A DNA stretch of 64,000 nt from the NCBI GenBank assembly GCA_037130755.1, contig JBAXSI010000007.1, forward strand, positions 8,855 to 72,854, in the 5' to 3' direction. Each line of letters begins with the position of its first letter. Position 1 is the first letter of the stretch. Shown here piece after piece: positions 45,463 to 54,165 of this stretch. The notes below the pieces were generated by a model that had not been told where the DNA came from, did not search any database, and was given only the letters and a program-made list of their open reading frames with translations. The position numbers were made by a program, and so were the translations under genes. Source of the stretch: Actinomycetes bacterium (lineage in GTDB: Bacteria; Actinomycetota; Actinomycetes; S36-B12).

Positions 45463-46028
45463 GGTCGAGGGAAGGGGATCTGCAGGAGTGCGCGGCGGGT
45501 GAACATAGCGTCGACGTGGCTCTTGCGGTTCGCGGCAAGGATGCACAGGCCGTGGTGCTCCTCGATCTTCTGCAGCAGGTAGGACACTTCCGTCGTCGAG
45601 AAACGGTCGTGGGCATCCTTGACCTCGGTCCGGCCGGCGAACAGGGCGTCAGCCTCGTCGAGGAGCAGCACGACCCCGGCTCGATCGGCTGCGGCGAAGA
45701 CCCGATCCAGATTCGCCTCCGTCTGTGCGAGCCACTTGTCGTCGACCGCCGCGAGGTCGACACGGAAGATCGGCACCTTCATCGCGTTGGCCAGGGCTTC
45801 GGCGGCCAGTCGCCGATTCCTGCGGTCCTCGCCGAGGAAGACCAGCAGTGTTCCGGCTGGACGCGAGTCCTCACGGGCGTCATCGACCTCGGCGGAGAGG
45901 CCGCGTGCGGAGTCTGCGACACGCTGGAGCGCAGTGAGGGAGTCAGGCGCGAGGGCGACGTCCGCCCACGTGACCGTGGGCGTGATCATCAGTTCGGGCG
46001 GGGTCTTCAGGCCCTCCTTGCGGTGCAT
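45459..46028 (-). CDS. minimal AAA+ family protein with degenerate Walker A
   Basis: 189-aa ORF. VLLLDEADALFAGRTEVKDAHDRFSTTEVSYLLQKIE matches the DEADALFGKR..DAHDRYAN..YLLQ ATPase family, but the P-loop position reads GEDRRNRR. There is no helical lid after ...FPRP. Confidence 0.7.
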   Translation of the reverse strand: MHRKEGLKTPPELMITPTVTWADVALAPDSLTALQRVADSARGLSAEVDDAREDSRPAGTLLVFLGEDRRNRRLAAEALANAMKVPIFRVDLAAVDDKWLAQTEANLDRVFAAADRAGVVLLLDEADALFAGRTEVKDAHDRFSTTEVSYLLQKIEEHHGLCILAANRKSHVDAMFTRRALLQIPFPRP

Positions 46029-46136
46029 CGACCTATCTCACCACCGCCACAAGGGCCGTGGCCCGGAAACGGCCACTTGCGGGCAGTCCTGAGGACCCTC
46101 ATCCGGGGGCTGGCCGGCCGCCCCTAGCCTTGCGGC

Positions 46137-46754
46137 ATGCCGACTGTCGCCGTGGTCACCTTGGACGGATTCAACGAGGTGGACTCATTCGTCGCCTCAT
46201 ACATGCTCGGCCGCGTGAATCGCCCTGGCTGGACCGTGTCCATCGCTTGCCCGACTGCGCAGGTCACCTCCATGAACGGGGTCACCGTCAACGCGCAGAT
46301 GAGCCTGACCGACCTGCCGGCCGTGGACGCCGTCATCATCGGCAGCGGCATGAAGACCCGTGACTACGCGGCCGACCCGCAGTTCCTTGCCAGCCTTCGC
46401 CTGGATCCCGAGCGCCAGTTGATCGGCTCTCAGTGCTCGGGTGCTCTCCTGCTCGCCAAGCTCGGCCTGCTCGACGACGTCCCCGTGTGCACGGACCTCA
46501 TCACCAAGCCCTGGGTGATGGAGGCCGGGGCGAACGTCGTGGACCAGCCGTTCTACGCATCAGGCAACGTTGCCACCGCGGGCGGTTGCCTCTCGAGCCA
46601 GTACCTGGCTGCCTGGATCATCGCGCGCCTGGCAGACCTCGAGACTGCCCGCGAGTCCCTGTTCTACATCGCGCCCGTCGGCGAGAAGGACGAATACGTG
46701 GACAGGGCGCTCGGTCACGTTCAGGCCTTCTTGCCTGCTCCCACCGGCTCATGA
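46137..46754 (+). CDS. DJ-1/PfpI family protein
   Basis: 205-aa ORF with a nucleophile elbow IGSQCSGALLLA. The flavodoxin-like pattern is typical of the family. Confidence 0.85.
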   Translation: MPTVAVVTLDGFNEVDSFVASYMLGRVNRPGWTVSIACPTAQVTSMNGVTVNAQMSLTDLPAVDAVIIGSGMKTRDYAADPQFLASLRLDPERQLIGSQCSGALLLAKLGLLDDVPVCTDLITKPWVMEAGANVVDQPFYASGNVATAGGCLSSQYLAAWIIARLADLETARESLFYIAPVGEKDEYVDRALGHVQAFLPAPTGS

Positions 46755-46901
46755 CCCATGACCGCGCCCACGGTGCTGGCCGCACCCGCGCAGGCAGATG
46801 ACGTGCCCTGGGTGATAGCCCCGACGACGTGCGGCCCCGATCAGTAGGAGTGGTCCGGGGGGAGCGTGGAACTGCTCGTCGTCGCGCTTCAGGAGCAAGA
46901 G

Positions 46902-47066
46902 CTACTGGCCCCAGTCCTCATCCACCTCGGGGGCTAGAGCCAGCTCCGGCGGTTCAACGCTGATCACCTGCAGCTCCGCGCCGCAGTCGGGGCACGGGAT
47001 GATGTCACCTTGCGTAGGGTCGGAGAGGGTGAGAGTGCCTTGGCACTCGGGGCAAAGGGTCGTCAT
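46902..47066 (-). CDS. LysW-like zinc-ribbon amino-group carrier protein homolog (54 aa)
   Basis: Not in the ORF track (below 60 aa). I translated it by hand as MTTLCPECQGTLTLSDPTQGDIIPCPDCGAELQVISVEPPELALAPEVDEDWGQ. GAGGA lies 8 nt upstream of the ATG. It shows the CPxC...CPDCGAEL...APE..EDWG pattern of LysW. Confidence 0.7.
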   Translation of the reverse strand: MTTLCPECQGTLTLSDPTQGDIIPCPDCGAELQVISVEPPELALAPEVDEDWGQ

Positions 47067-47214
47067 GGCGGGTCCTCACGTCGTGGGTCAGCGTCCCCGG
47101 CATTGTGATGGCCCCACTCGGCGGTCGGGGCGGTTTGCCCGAAATGAGGGATTCTCCTGCGAGGAACGATTCATTTGGCTTTGATGGCGAAGCAGACCCA
47201 CCAAGGGAGGCGAA

Positions 47215-47415
47215 ATGGGATTTCGTGTCGTGATCGATTACGACGTGTGCGCCTCTACTGGTACGTGCACGCAGGTCTGCCCGCAGGTCTTCGAGATCCG
47301 GGCAGACGGATACCTGTACATCCTCCAGGACAACCCTCCCGAGAGTCTCCGCGACGCCGTGCAACAGGCCGCCGATCTGTGCCCCACTGGCGCAATCACT
47401 ATCCAGGACTCCTGA
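47215..47415 (+). CDS. single-cluster ferredoxin (3Fe-4S/4Fe-4S type)
   Basis: 66-aa ORF with VIDYDVCASTGTCTQVCPQVF...AADLCPTGAI. This is the Cys pattern of small actinobacterial ferredoxins. Confidence 0.85.
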   Translation: MGFRVVIDYDVCASTGTCTQVCPQVFEIRADGYLYILQDNPPESLRDAVQQAADLCPTGAITIQDS

Positions 47416-47502
47416 CCCCGAGTCACTGAAGTTGGCGGTGGCAACCGAGGGCGGCCCTATCCTCGCGGATGAGCCGCCGCACACGATCCCGGAAATGACG
47501 AA

Positions 47503-47538
47503 CCCGCCTCACTGAACGGGGGAGATCGGTGAGGCGGG
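47503..47538. terminator. stem-loop between ferredoxin gene and tRNA-Pro 3' end
   Basis: CCCGCCTCAC-(16 nt)-GTGAGGCGGG, a 10-bp perfect stem. On the minus strand it is followed by TTCGTCATTTCC. Confidence 0.45.
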
Positions 47539-47544
47539 TCGCCG

Positions 47545-47618
<74 letters not shown>

Positions 47619-47777
47619 TTGCCCTGTTTGACGGGGCGTGGAGACTCTACATGGTCCATCGGGAACGCCTCGCAGGTGCTCTCGCGGGCGCGCCCGACCG
47701 ATGACAGCGTCTCCCGAAAACACGAATCACACGGTCGTAGGACGGTTCAGGCGGGTTCCCGGCGCTAGGTTGGCATC

Positions 47778-49016
47778 GTGCGGGCACTGAAGTGGCTGGC
47801 GATCACGGTCCTTGCCATCGCGCTCGCGAGCGTGATGGTCGTCGTGGCCGTGGTCGGCTCCGAGCGCGTGGAGACCAATCGTGCGCAATCCGCGTTGGAC
47901 CCCTTCTACATGCCGCCGAGCCCACTCCCTACTGAACCGGGCACGGTGATCCGAATGGAGCCGTTGGGCGTCAACGTTCCCGGAGCGAGCGCCTATCGCA
48001 TCCTGTACGTCTCCCAGTTGCCCGACGGTACGCCCGCCGCGTCCGGCGGCATGCTCTTCATCCCTGACGCCCCGGCACCGGCGGAGGGCCGGCCCGTGGT
48101 CGCGTGGGCCCACGGGACACTGGGTATGGGCGACGCGTGCGTGCCCTCCCGTTCCGCGAATCCCCTTCAGGACACCGACAACTGGCTCGACCAGATGATG
48201 AGCCTGGGCTGGGTGGTCGTGTCGACGGACTACGTCGGATTGGGGACGCCCGGACCGAGCCTGTACCTGATCGCGCAGTCCGAGATGCGAGACGTCGTCA
48301 ACGCGGTCCGCGCAGCACGCAGCGTCCCCGAGGCGCACGCCGGCTCGCGCTACGTCACGTGGGGCCACTCGCAGGGCGGGCACTCGTCCGTCTGGACTGG
48401 GCACCTGGGCGAGACGTACGCGCCCGAGCTGACCCTTCTCGGTGTCGCGGCGGCGGCACCTGCCCTCAACCTGCCCGAGATCATGAGCGCCCAGTGGGAC
48501 ACGGTCGCGGGTTGGGTGATCGGCCCGGACGTCCTTGAGTCCTGGCCGGTCTATTACCCCGACCTCCCGATCGCGGGCGTCGTGTCGAAGGCTGGGCAGA
48601 ACGCCGCAACGCGACTGGTCGGCGAGTGCATCAAGCAGTCCGGGATCGAGGGACTGCTTCGCCAGACAGCGGGCGAGCACTTCTTCGAGACGAATCCACT
48701 CACGATCGGCCAGTGGACCGCAGCGATCAAGGACCAGACTCCCCCACCGCTGCCGGCCTCGATGCCCGTGTTCATCGCACAGGGGACGACCGACGAGGTC
48801 GTCCTGCCGTGGCCGCAGGCGATGATCGAAGACGCGTGGTGCAAGGCGGGCTCGGCCATCGACGTGCTCTGGATGGGCGGCATCGGGCACATGGCGGCGG
48901 CGACCACAGCGGGTCCGTCGGCCGTCGAGTGGATCGCGGACAGGTTCGCGGGCCGACCAGCGCTGCGCACGTGCGACGTGCCGCCACCGGTGGCACCCGT
49001 GGCGCCGTCGAACTGA
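47778..49016 (+). CDS. secretory lipase (LIP) family alpha/beta hydrolase
   Basis: 412-aa ORF with an N-terminal TM/signal segment, nucleophile elbow GHSQGG, and the YxxxD/FIAQGTTDEVV pattern of LIP-family lipases. Confidence 0.8.
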   Translation: MRALKWLAITVLAIALASVMVVVAVVGSERVETNRAQSALDPFYMPPSPLPTEPGTVIRMEPLGVNVPGASAYRILYVSQLPDGTPAASGGMLFIPDAPAPAEGRPVVAWAHGTLGMGDACVPSRSANPLQDTDNWLDQMMSLGWVVVSTDYVGLGTPGPSLYLIAQSEMRDVVNAVRAARSVPEAHAGSRYVTWGHSQGGHSSVWTGHLGETYAPELTLLGVAAAAPALNLPEIMSAQWDTVAGWVIGPDVLESWPVYYPDLPIAGVVSKAGQNAATRLVGECIKQSGIEGLLRQTAGEHFFETNPLTIGQWTAAIKDQTPPPLPASMPVFIAQGTTDEVVLPWPQAMIEDAWCKAGSAIDVLWMGGIGHMAAATTAGPSAVEWIADRFAGRPALRTCDVPPPVAPVAPSN

Positions 49017-49023
49017 CGAACTG

Positions 49024-50424
49024 CTACCGGATCAGAGCCGCACGGGATGTCGCGGCGTTGCCCGCCGCAAGCCGGTTGACGGCCCGCACCTCGAAGGTGA
49101 CGCGCTGCCCGGACGGCAGACCGCGGATCACGCAGGAGGTGTGCCTCGTCGAGCAGGATTGCCCCGTCGAAGCGAACACGTTGTAGTGGAGGACGCGACC
49201 CACCCCTGCGGACCGGGGTTTGTGCCAGGCCACCAGTGCCCGGCCCTTGTGCGCCTCGACCTTCACGGGCCACGGAGCCGTGGGCCACAGCCGCTGGCCG
49301 ACATCCACGACAGTCACCGTGCCGAGATCGTTGCTGACGAACAGCTTCGTCCCCGCCACCGCCGGCGTCGAGGGATGGGGGCCTACGCGCAGGATCGCCG
49401 CGAGTGTGCCCCTGGTCGCATCGATGATCCCCATGGTGGTGCCGCCAGTGTTGGGGACGTAGACAGTGCTGCCATCGGGGCTCTTGGCTCCAGGTCCCGG
49501 ATTCTTGCCGATGCGCAGCGTTCTCACCACGCCCTGCTTGGCGACGTCGAACACCGACACGGTGCCGGACTGGGAGTTCGGGATGAACACCAGGCCACCA
49601 TTGACATTTGAACTGGGCCGAACGGGGCCGCCGCCCGTGGCGATCTGGCCGAGGACGGTGCCATCGGCCTGCGTGAAGACTGTCGTCGTGGACGAGTTCA
49701 AGTTCGGGACGTACACCACGTCGCCGCTGGACAGCGGCGGAGACACAGCGGGCTCGCCAGGCGCGCCACCGACGACCACGGTGCCGATGACCGCAGCCTT
49801 CCTCGTGTCGACGATGGAGACGGTGTCGGATCCTTGGTTCGGCACGTAGACGCGATCGAGGAAGCTCTGGGACTGCTTGCCGAATCCTGCAACCGGCGTC
49901 GTCGGTCGGATGCCGACCGGGACTGTGGCCCTCAACTCGCCGGTTGCGGCGTCGACGAGGGTCACCGAGCCCGATCCCGAGTTCGGGACCACGAGGGTGG
50001 CGCCTGCGGAAGACATCACGGGCGTGAGCGGGCTGTCGCCGACAGGGATGCGCGTGATCAGCTCAAGGGTCTGGGTGTTGATGACCGCGATCTTCCACTC
50101 ACCGGTGAGCGGCACGTACAGGCGGTCCGCCGAGGCGAGCGGCGTGCCCGGCGACAGGCCCACGGCCAGGGTGTCGACCACCGTGTTGGTCGCGCGGTCG
50201 ATGACCGTGACGGTGCCGTCAGCCTTGTTGGACACAAACACCCGGTCGCCGCTCACGACGGGCGTCGTGGGCGCGTTGCCGACCTTGAGCGTCACCGATG
50301 GGCGACGAGCAAGGACGGTCTCCGCGGCCGTCGCCGAAGTGGCGGGGACCACGGACACCGTGGCCGCCACCAGACCGATTCCCACCAAATGCCTCATACG
50401 CACCCTGTGAGCGTACCCGGTCAT
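49024..50424 (-). CDS. secreted YVTN-type beta-propeller repeat protein with C-terminal FN3-like domain
   Basis: ATG 50424 overlaps the der stop as ATGA; the alternative is ATG 50397. Signal peptide ...VVPATSATA. Repeated (V/L)YVPN..(S/D)GTV(T/S)V(I/V)D units follow. The C-terminal part [20 protein letters not shown]...FEVRAVN is FN3-like. Confidence 0.8.
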   Translation of the reverse strand: MTGYAHRVRMRHLVGIGLVAATVSVVPATSATAAETVLARRPSVTLKVGNAPTTPVVSGDRVFVSNKADGTVTVIDRATNTVVDTLAVGLSPGTPLASADRLYVPLTGEWKIAVINTQTLELITRIPVGDSPLTPVMSSAGATLVVPNSGSGSVTLVDAATGELRATVPVGIRPTTPVAGFGKQSQSFLDRVYVPNQGSDTVSIVDTRKAAVIGTVVVGGAPGEPAVSPPLSSGDVVYVPNLNSSTTTVFTQADGTVLGQIATGGGPVRPSSNVNGGLVFIPNSQSGTVSVFDVAKQGVVRTLRIGKNPGPGAKSPDGSTVYVPNTGGTTMGIIDATRGTLAAILRVGPHPSTPAVAGTKLFVSNDLGTVTVVDVGQRLWPTAPWPVKVEAHKGRALVAWHKPRSAGVGRVLHYNVFASTGQSCSTRHTSCVIRGLPSGQRVTFEVRAVNRLAAGNAATSRAALIR

Positions 50425-51938
50425 CGTCGGTGAGACCGCTTCTCCCGCACCCGCATCACGATCCGGATTGGGGTGCCGACGAAGCCGAACTCCTCGCGAA
50501 GCCGACGCTCGATGAACCGTCGATACCCAGCCTCGAGGAACCCGGTAGTGAAGAGCGCGAACGTCGGAGGCCCGACCTGAACCTGGGCACCGAACAGGAT
50601 GCGAGGCTGACGTCCACCGCGAAGCGGGTGCGGATGGGCGTCGGTGAGCTCCTTGATGAACTGATTGAGGCGCCCGGTGGAGATGCGGGTCTCCCAGCCC
50701 TCCAGGGCTGCCTCGATCGCAACGGGGAGCTTCTCGACGTGGCGCTTGGTCTTGGCCGAGATGTTGACGCTGGGCGCCCAGGGCACCTGGACGAGATCGC
50801 GTTCGATCTCGCGCTTGAGATAGTGCCGGCGCTCCTCGTCGGTGAGGTCCCACTTGTTGTAGGCGAGAACGAGGGCACGGCCCGACTCGATGACCATGTG
50901 GATGATGCGGACGTCCTGCTCGGTCAGCGGCTCGGACGCATCGACGAGGACGATCGCGACCTCGGCGCGGTCGAGGGCCGCCTGCGTGCGCAGCGTTGCG
51001 TAGTACTCGTGACCGCTCGCCTCCTTGGCCCGACGACGAATTCCCGCGGTGTCGACGAACCACCACCAGGTGTCCTTGAGCTTGATCAGTTCGTCGACGG
51101 GATCGACCGTTGTCCCAGCAACACTGTCGACGACGACGCGATCGCTGCCGGCCAGCGCATTGAGCAACGAGGACTTGCCGACGTTCGGCTTGCCCAGCAG
51201 GGCGACGCGGCGCGGGCCCGCCTCGCGCGACAGGCCTGAGCCCTCCTCGGGCAGCAGCGCGACGGCCGCATCGAGCAGGTCGCCGGAACCGCGACCATGG
51301 AGCGCGGAGACCGGGTGCGGCTCACCGAGTCCGAGCGACCACAAGGAGGCGGCTTCGAGTTCGGTGTTCGCGTCATCGACCTTGTTGGCGACAAGCAGCA
51401 CCGGTTTGCCGGCCTTCCGGAGCACCTGCACGACGGCCTCGTCGGTGTCGGTTGCGCCGACCTTCGCATCGACGATGAACATCACGGCGTCGGCGTCGTT
51501 GATCGCCCGCTCGGCCTGCGCGGCGATGGCGGCGGCCATGCCCTTCACCTTGCGGTCCCAGCCACCGGTGTCGATGAGGATGAAGCGGACGCCGTTCCAT
51601 TCGGCCTCATAGGTGACGCGATCGCGTGTCACGCCCGGAACGTCCTCGACGACGGCCTCGCGCCGCCCGATCAACCGGTTGACGAGCGTGGACTTGCCGA
51701 CGTTGGGCCGGCCGACGACGGCCAGCACCGGAAGCCCGGAATGCTCGCCACCGGGGCGCATCATCTCGTTGAGGTCGGCGTCGATGTCGCCGAACTCGGC
51801 CCGAGCCGCCACCAGGGCGGCCTCGACCGCGGCTTCGTCGTCGAGGTCGTCAGCGACGATTCCCGGCGTCGTCAAATCGTCGACGACTGAATCGTCGTCG
51901 GCGTCGAACGCCACCCAATCGTCGGTCATTTTCCCCAC
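50421..51938 (-). CDS. der: ribosome biogenesis GTPase Der (EngA)
   Basis: Two GTPase domains ([10 protein letters not shown] and [10 protein letters not shown]) plus a KH-like C-terminus. A roughly 70-aa acidic N-terminal extension precedes them. Confidence 0.95.
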   Translation of the reverse strand: MGKMTDDWVAFDADDDSVVDDLTTPGIVADDLDDEAAVEAALVAARAEFGDIDADLNEMMRPGGEHSGLPVLAVVGRPNVGKSTLVNRLIGRREAVVEDVPGVTRDRVTYEAEWNGVRFILIDTGGWDRKVKGMAAAIAAQAERAINDADAVMFIVDAKVGATDTDEAVVQVLRKAGKPVLLVANKVDDANTELEAASLWSLGLGEPHPVSALHGRGSGDLLDAAVALLPEEGSGLSREAGPRRVALLGKPNVGKSSLLNALAGSDRVVVDSVAGTTVDPVDELIKLKDTWWWFVDTAGIRRRAKEASGHEYYATLRTQAALDRAEVAIVLVDASEPLTEQDVRIIHMVIESGRALVLAYNKWDLTDEERRHYLKREIERDLVQVPWAPSVNISAKTKRHVEKLPVAIEAALEGWETRISTGRLNQFIKELTDAHPHPLRGGRQPRILFGAQVQVGPPTFALFTTGFLEAGYRRFIERRLREEFGFVGTPIRIVMRVREKRSHRR

Positions 51939-51969
51939 TCCAGATCACGGCTTTTGCCTTGATCTTGCC

Positions 51970-52590
51970 CTATGGCCGCCCGCCCATTCGCATCACGGCC
52001 ACCTGCTCGGCATCCGCGAGCAACTGGCGCACCTGCTCCGTGAGGGCCGAACGGGTGCCCGAACGAAGTGCATCCCCCGGCGCATGGACTGTCGATGGCG
52101 CCATGAAGAACACGTCGATCCTCGATCGCGGGCGCGGCGGGTCGGTGGGGACGGTGCCGTCGGCCCCGAGCAGAACGACCGGCATGACCTGAACGCCAGC
52201 GGCGGCGAGGTAGCCGATCGGCACGGACGAGCCCGCCACGAGGACCGCGCGGTCGTCCGCCAGGGCCACAAGCGCCCGCCGTTGGGTCGTGATCGCGTAA
52301 GGCCCGCTCAAGGGCAGGTCACCCGCCGACGTGAGGACTCCGACGGGCATCGCGCGAGCCATCGCCTCGTTGGCCACGACGTGAATGGGTCGCGGTGACA
52401 GCGCGCGCACCAGGGATCCGGCGAGAACGGCCTCGCAGCGGGTCACCATGAGAAGCGGTCCCGTCGTCCCGACGTGGTGGGCGCCGTGCGGACGAAGTTG
52501 ATACGTCATGCGGAGTGCGGCCGATGTGAGGTTGCGGGCATGCGCCGCGCCGTGCCAGGACGGCGGCTCGACCTCGACCAGAGGGGTCAC
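51970..52590 (-). CDS. PlsC-like acyltransferase-fold protein, canonical HX4D not evident
   Basis: 206-aa ORF with a GTGA overlap to the cmk stop. Its position (cmk-X-der) and length match actinobacterial lysophospholipid acyltransferase-like genes. Where NHxSxxD is expected, the sequence reads VTRCEAVLA. Confidence 0.55.
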   Translation of the reverse strand: MTPLVEVEPPSWHGAAHARNLTSAALRMTYQLRPHGAHHVGTTGPLLMVTRCEAVLAGSLVRALSPRPIHVVANEAMARAMPVGVLTSAGDLPLSGPYAITTQRRALVALADDRAVLVAGSSVPIGYLAAAGVQVMPVVLLGADGTVPTDPPRPRSRIDVFFMAPSTVHAPGDALRSGTRSALTEQVRQLLADAEQVAVMRMGGRP

Positions 52591-53318
52591 GATCGCGCCG
52601 GCAGGTCCGCGACCAGCCCCACGATCTGCGCGACGACCTCGTCGAGGCTCATCGACGTCGTGTCGACGACGACAGCGTCCGGCGCGACGGTGAGGGGCGA
52701 TGCGGCCCGGCCGGAGTCCTTGGCATCGCGCACGAGCAGCGCCGTCTGGGTCTCTGCGACGTCGACGGCGGACTTGCCGAGGTCCAGGTCCTGCGCCGCA
52801 CGTCGGCGGGCACGCTCGGCCGGGTCCGCGGTGATGAACAGCTTCAGGTCTGCGTCGGGCAGCACGACCGTGGTGATATCACGTCCTTCGACCACGATGC
52901 CGGTCCCGGCAGAGACCGCCGAAGACACCTCGTGACGCTGGATCCGCACCAGCCGCTCCCGCACGGCCGGCACTGCACTGACGGCGCTGACCGCACCGGT
53001 GACCTCGTCACGTCTGATCGGCGAGGAGACATTGGTCTGGCCGACATGGATGGACGGCGCAAGCGGATCGGTGCCGCTGATGATCGACACGGCGTCCATG
53101 GCGCTGACGACGGCCTCGGGATCGTCGACGTCGACACCTGCGTCGAGCATGGCCCAGGTCATCGCCCGGTACATCGCGCCGGTGTCGAGGTAGCGGAAAC
53201 CGAGGCGGTCTGCGACCGCGCGGCAGACGCTGGACTTGCCGGAGCCGGCCGGCCCGTCGACGGCGATCACAGGGGTGTCCACGGAGCCGAGCCTAGGGGG
53301 CCGGTCCACCGAGGTCAT
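52587..53318 (-). CDS. cmk: (d)CMP kinase
   Basis: Start at MTSVDRPP (ATGA overlap with the upstream stop). Contains VIAVDGPAGSGKSSV and YLDTGAMYR. Confidence 0.95.
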   Translation of the reverse strand: MTSVDRPPRLGSVDTPVIAVDGPAGSGKSSVCRAVADRLGFRYLDTGAMYRAMTWAMLDAGVDVDDPEAVVSAMDAVSIISGTDPLAPSIHVGQTNVSSPIRRDEVTGAVSAVSAVPAVRERLVRIQRHEVSSAVSAGTGIVVEGRDITTVVLPDADLKLFITADPAERARRRAAQDLDLGKSAVDVAETQTALLVRDAKDSGRAASPLTVAPDAVVVDTTSMSLDEVVAQIVGLVADLPARS

Positions 53319-54136
53319 GAACGCGTGGCCACCGGAAGGCGAAGGACGGCATCGACGGCAACCCAGAAGAGCCGCTCGCGCACGTCCATGGCCAGGTGCC
53401 AGCCCCGCTGCTCCCAATCCTCGCCGGCCAGCGAGTCCCCCGCATAGAGCAGGTTGGCCATGCGCACGCCCCGGAACCGGGCCACGGCAAGCAGGGCCGA
53501 GGCCTCCATGTCAACGCTGATGCAACCCTCGGCGACGCGGCGGTCGGTGCGCTCGCGGGTCTCGCGGTAGGGAGCATCCGTGGTCCAAGTGCGTCCGACG
53601 ATGAACGGCAAGCCCGCCTCGTCCAGCGCTTGGCCGAGTGCCGTCACCGCGACTGGCTCCGCCTCGACGACGCGACTGGCCGCCAAGTAGTGGAAGGACG
53701 TCCCTTCGTCCCGCACCGCGCTGTCGACCACGATGGCGTGACCCATGACCAGTTCCGGCACTAGGCAGCCAGCTCCCCCAACGGCCACGAATTCCCGTCC
53801 CCCCAGCGCGATCACCTCCTCCATGAACCCTGCGGCGAGTGGCGCACCCACGCCGGGATGCATCACGGCCACACGCGAGCCCTCGTAGGAGATCTCGAGG
53901 ACATCGTGGGACCCGTGTGCCCACGTGAACGTCTCCAGGAGCCTGGTGTCCGAACGGGCAGCGATGGCATCGATGATCTCGGAGAAGAAGCACAGCACCA
54001 CTCGCGACGGCATGTCGATACGTACGACGACCCGAGTGGGTTCGATGATGCCGGCGGATTCAAGGTCGTCTTCGAGAAGTGGGACGACCTCAGAGTGGCT
54101 GTCCTCCGGGAGTCGTTCGGTGCCCATGCCCAGCAA
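53315..54136 (-). CDS. nucleoside phosphorylase (PNP/UDP-1 family)
   Basis: 273-aa ORF with TTG start, or ATG 54127. GVGAPLAA...VAVGGAG...RDEGTSFHY...VDMEASAL is typical of uridine/purine nucleoside phosphorylase family 1. Confidence 0.75.
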   Translation of the reverse strand: MLGMGTERLPEDSHSEVVPLLEDDLESAGIIEPTRVVVRIDMPSRVVLCFFSEIIDAIAARSDTRLLETFTWAHGSHDVLEISYEGSRVAVMHPGVGAPLAAGFMEEVIALGGREFVAVGGAGCLVPELVMGHAIVVDSAVRDEGTSFHYLAASRVVEAEPVAVTALGQALDEAGLPFIVGRTWTTDAPYRETRERTDRRVAEGCISVDMEASALLAVARFRGVRMANLLYAGDSLAGEDWEQRGWHLAMDVRERLFWVAVDAVLRLPVATRS

Positions 54137-54165
54137 GTGTAGGAACGTGAAGCCCGTAGACGGCC

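Noticed and set aside
46755-46901. Possible remnant of a lysX gene downstream of the LysW-like ORF (read-through frame LLLLKRDDEQF...)
   Set aside because: There are only about 10 residues of vague resemblance to LysX N-termini, no open frame of meaningful length, and the region runs into the DJ-1 gene in antisense.
50425-51066. Upstream part of the 680-aa minus ORF 49024..51066
   Set aside because: It is out-of-frame overlap with der. The signal peptide and ATGA-coupled start define the real beta-propeller gene.
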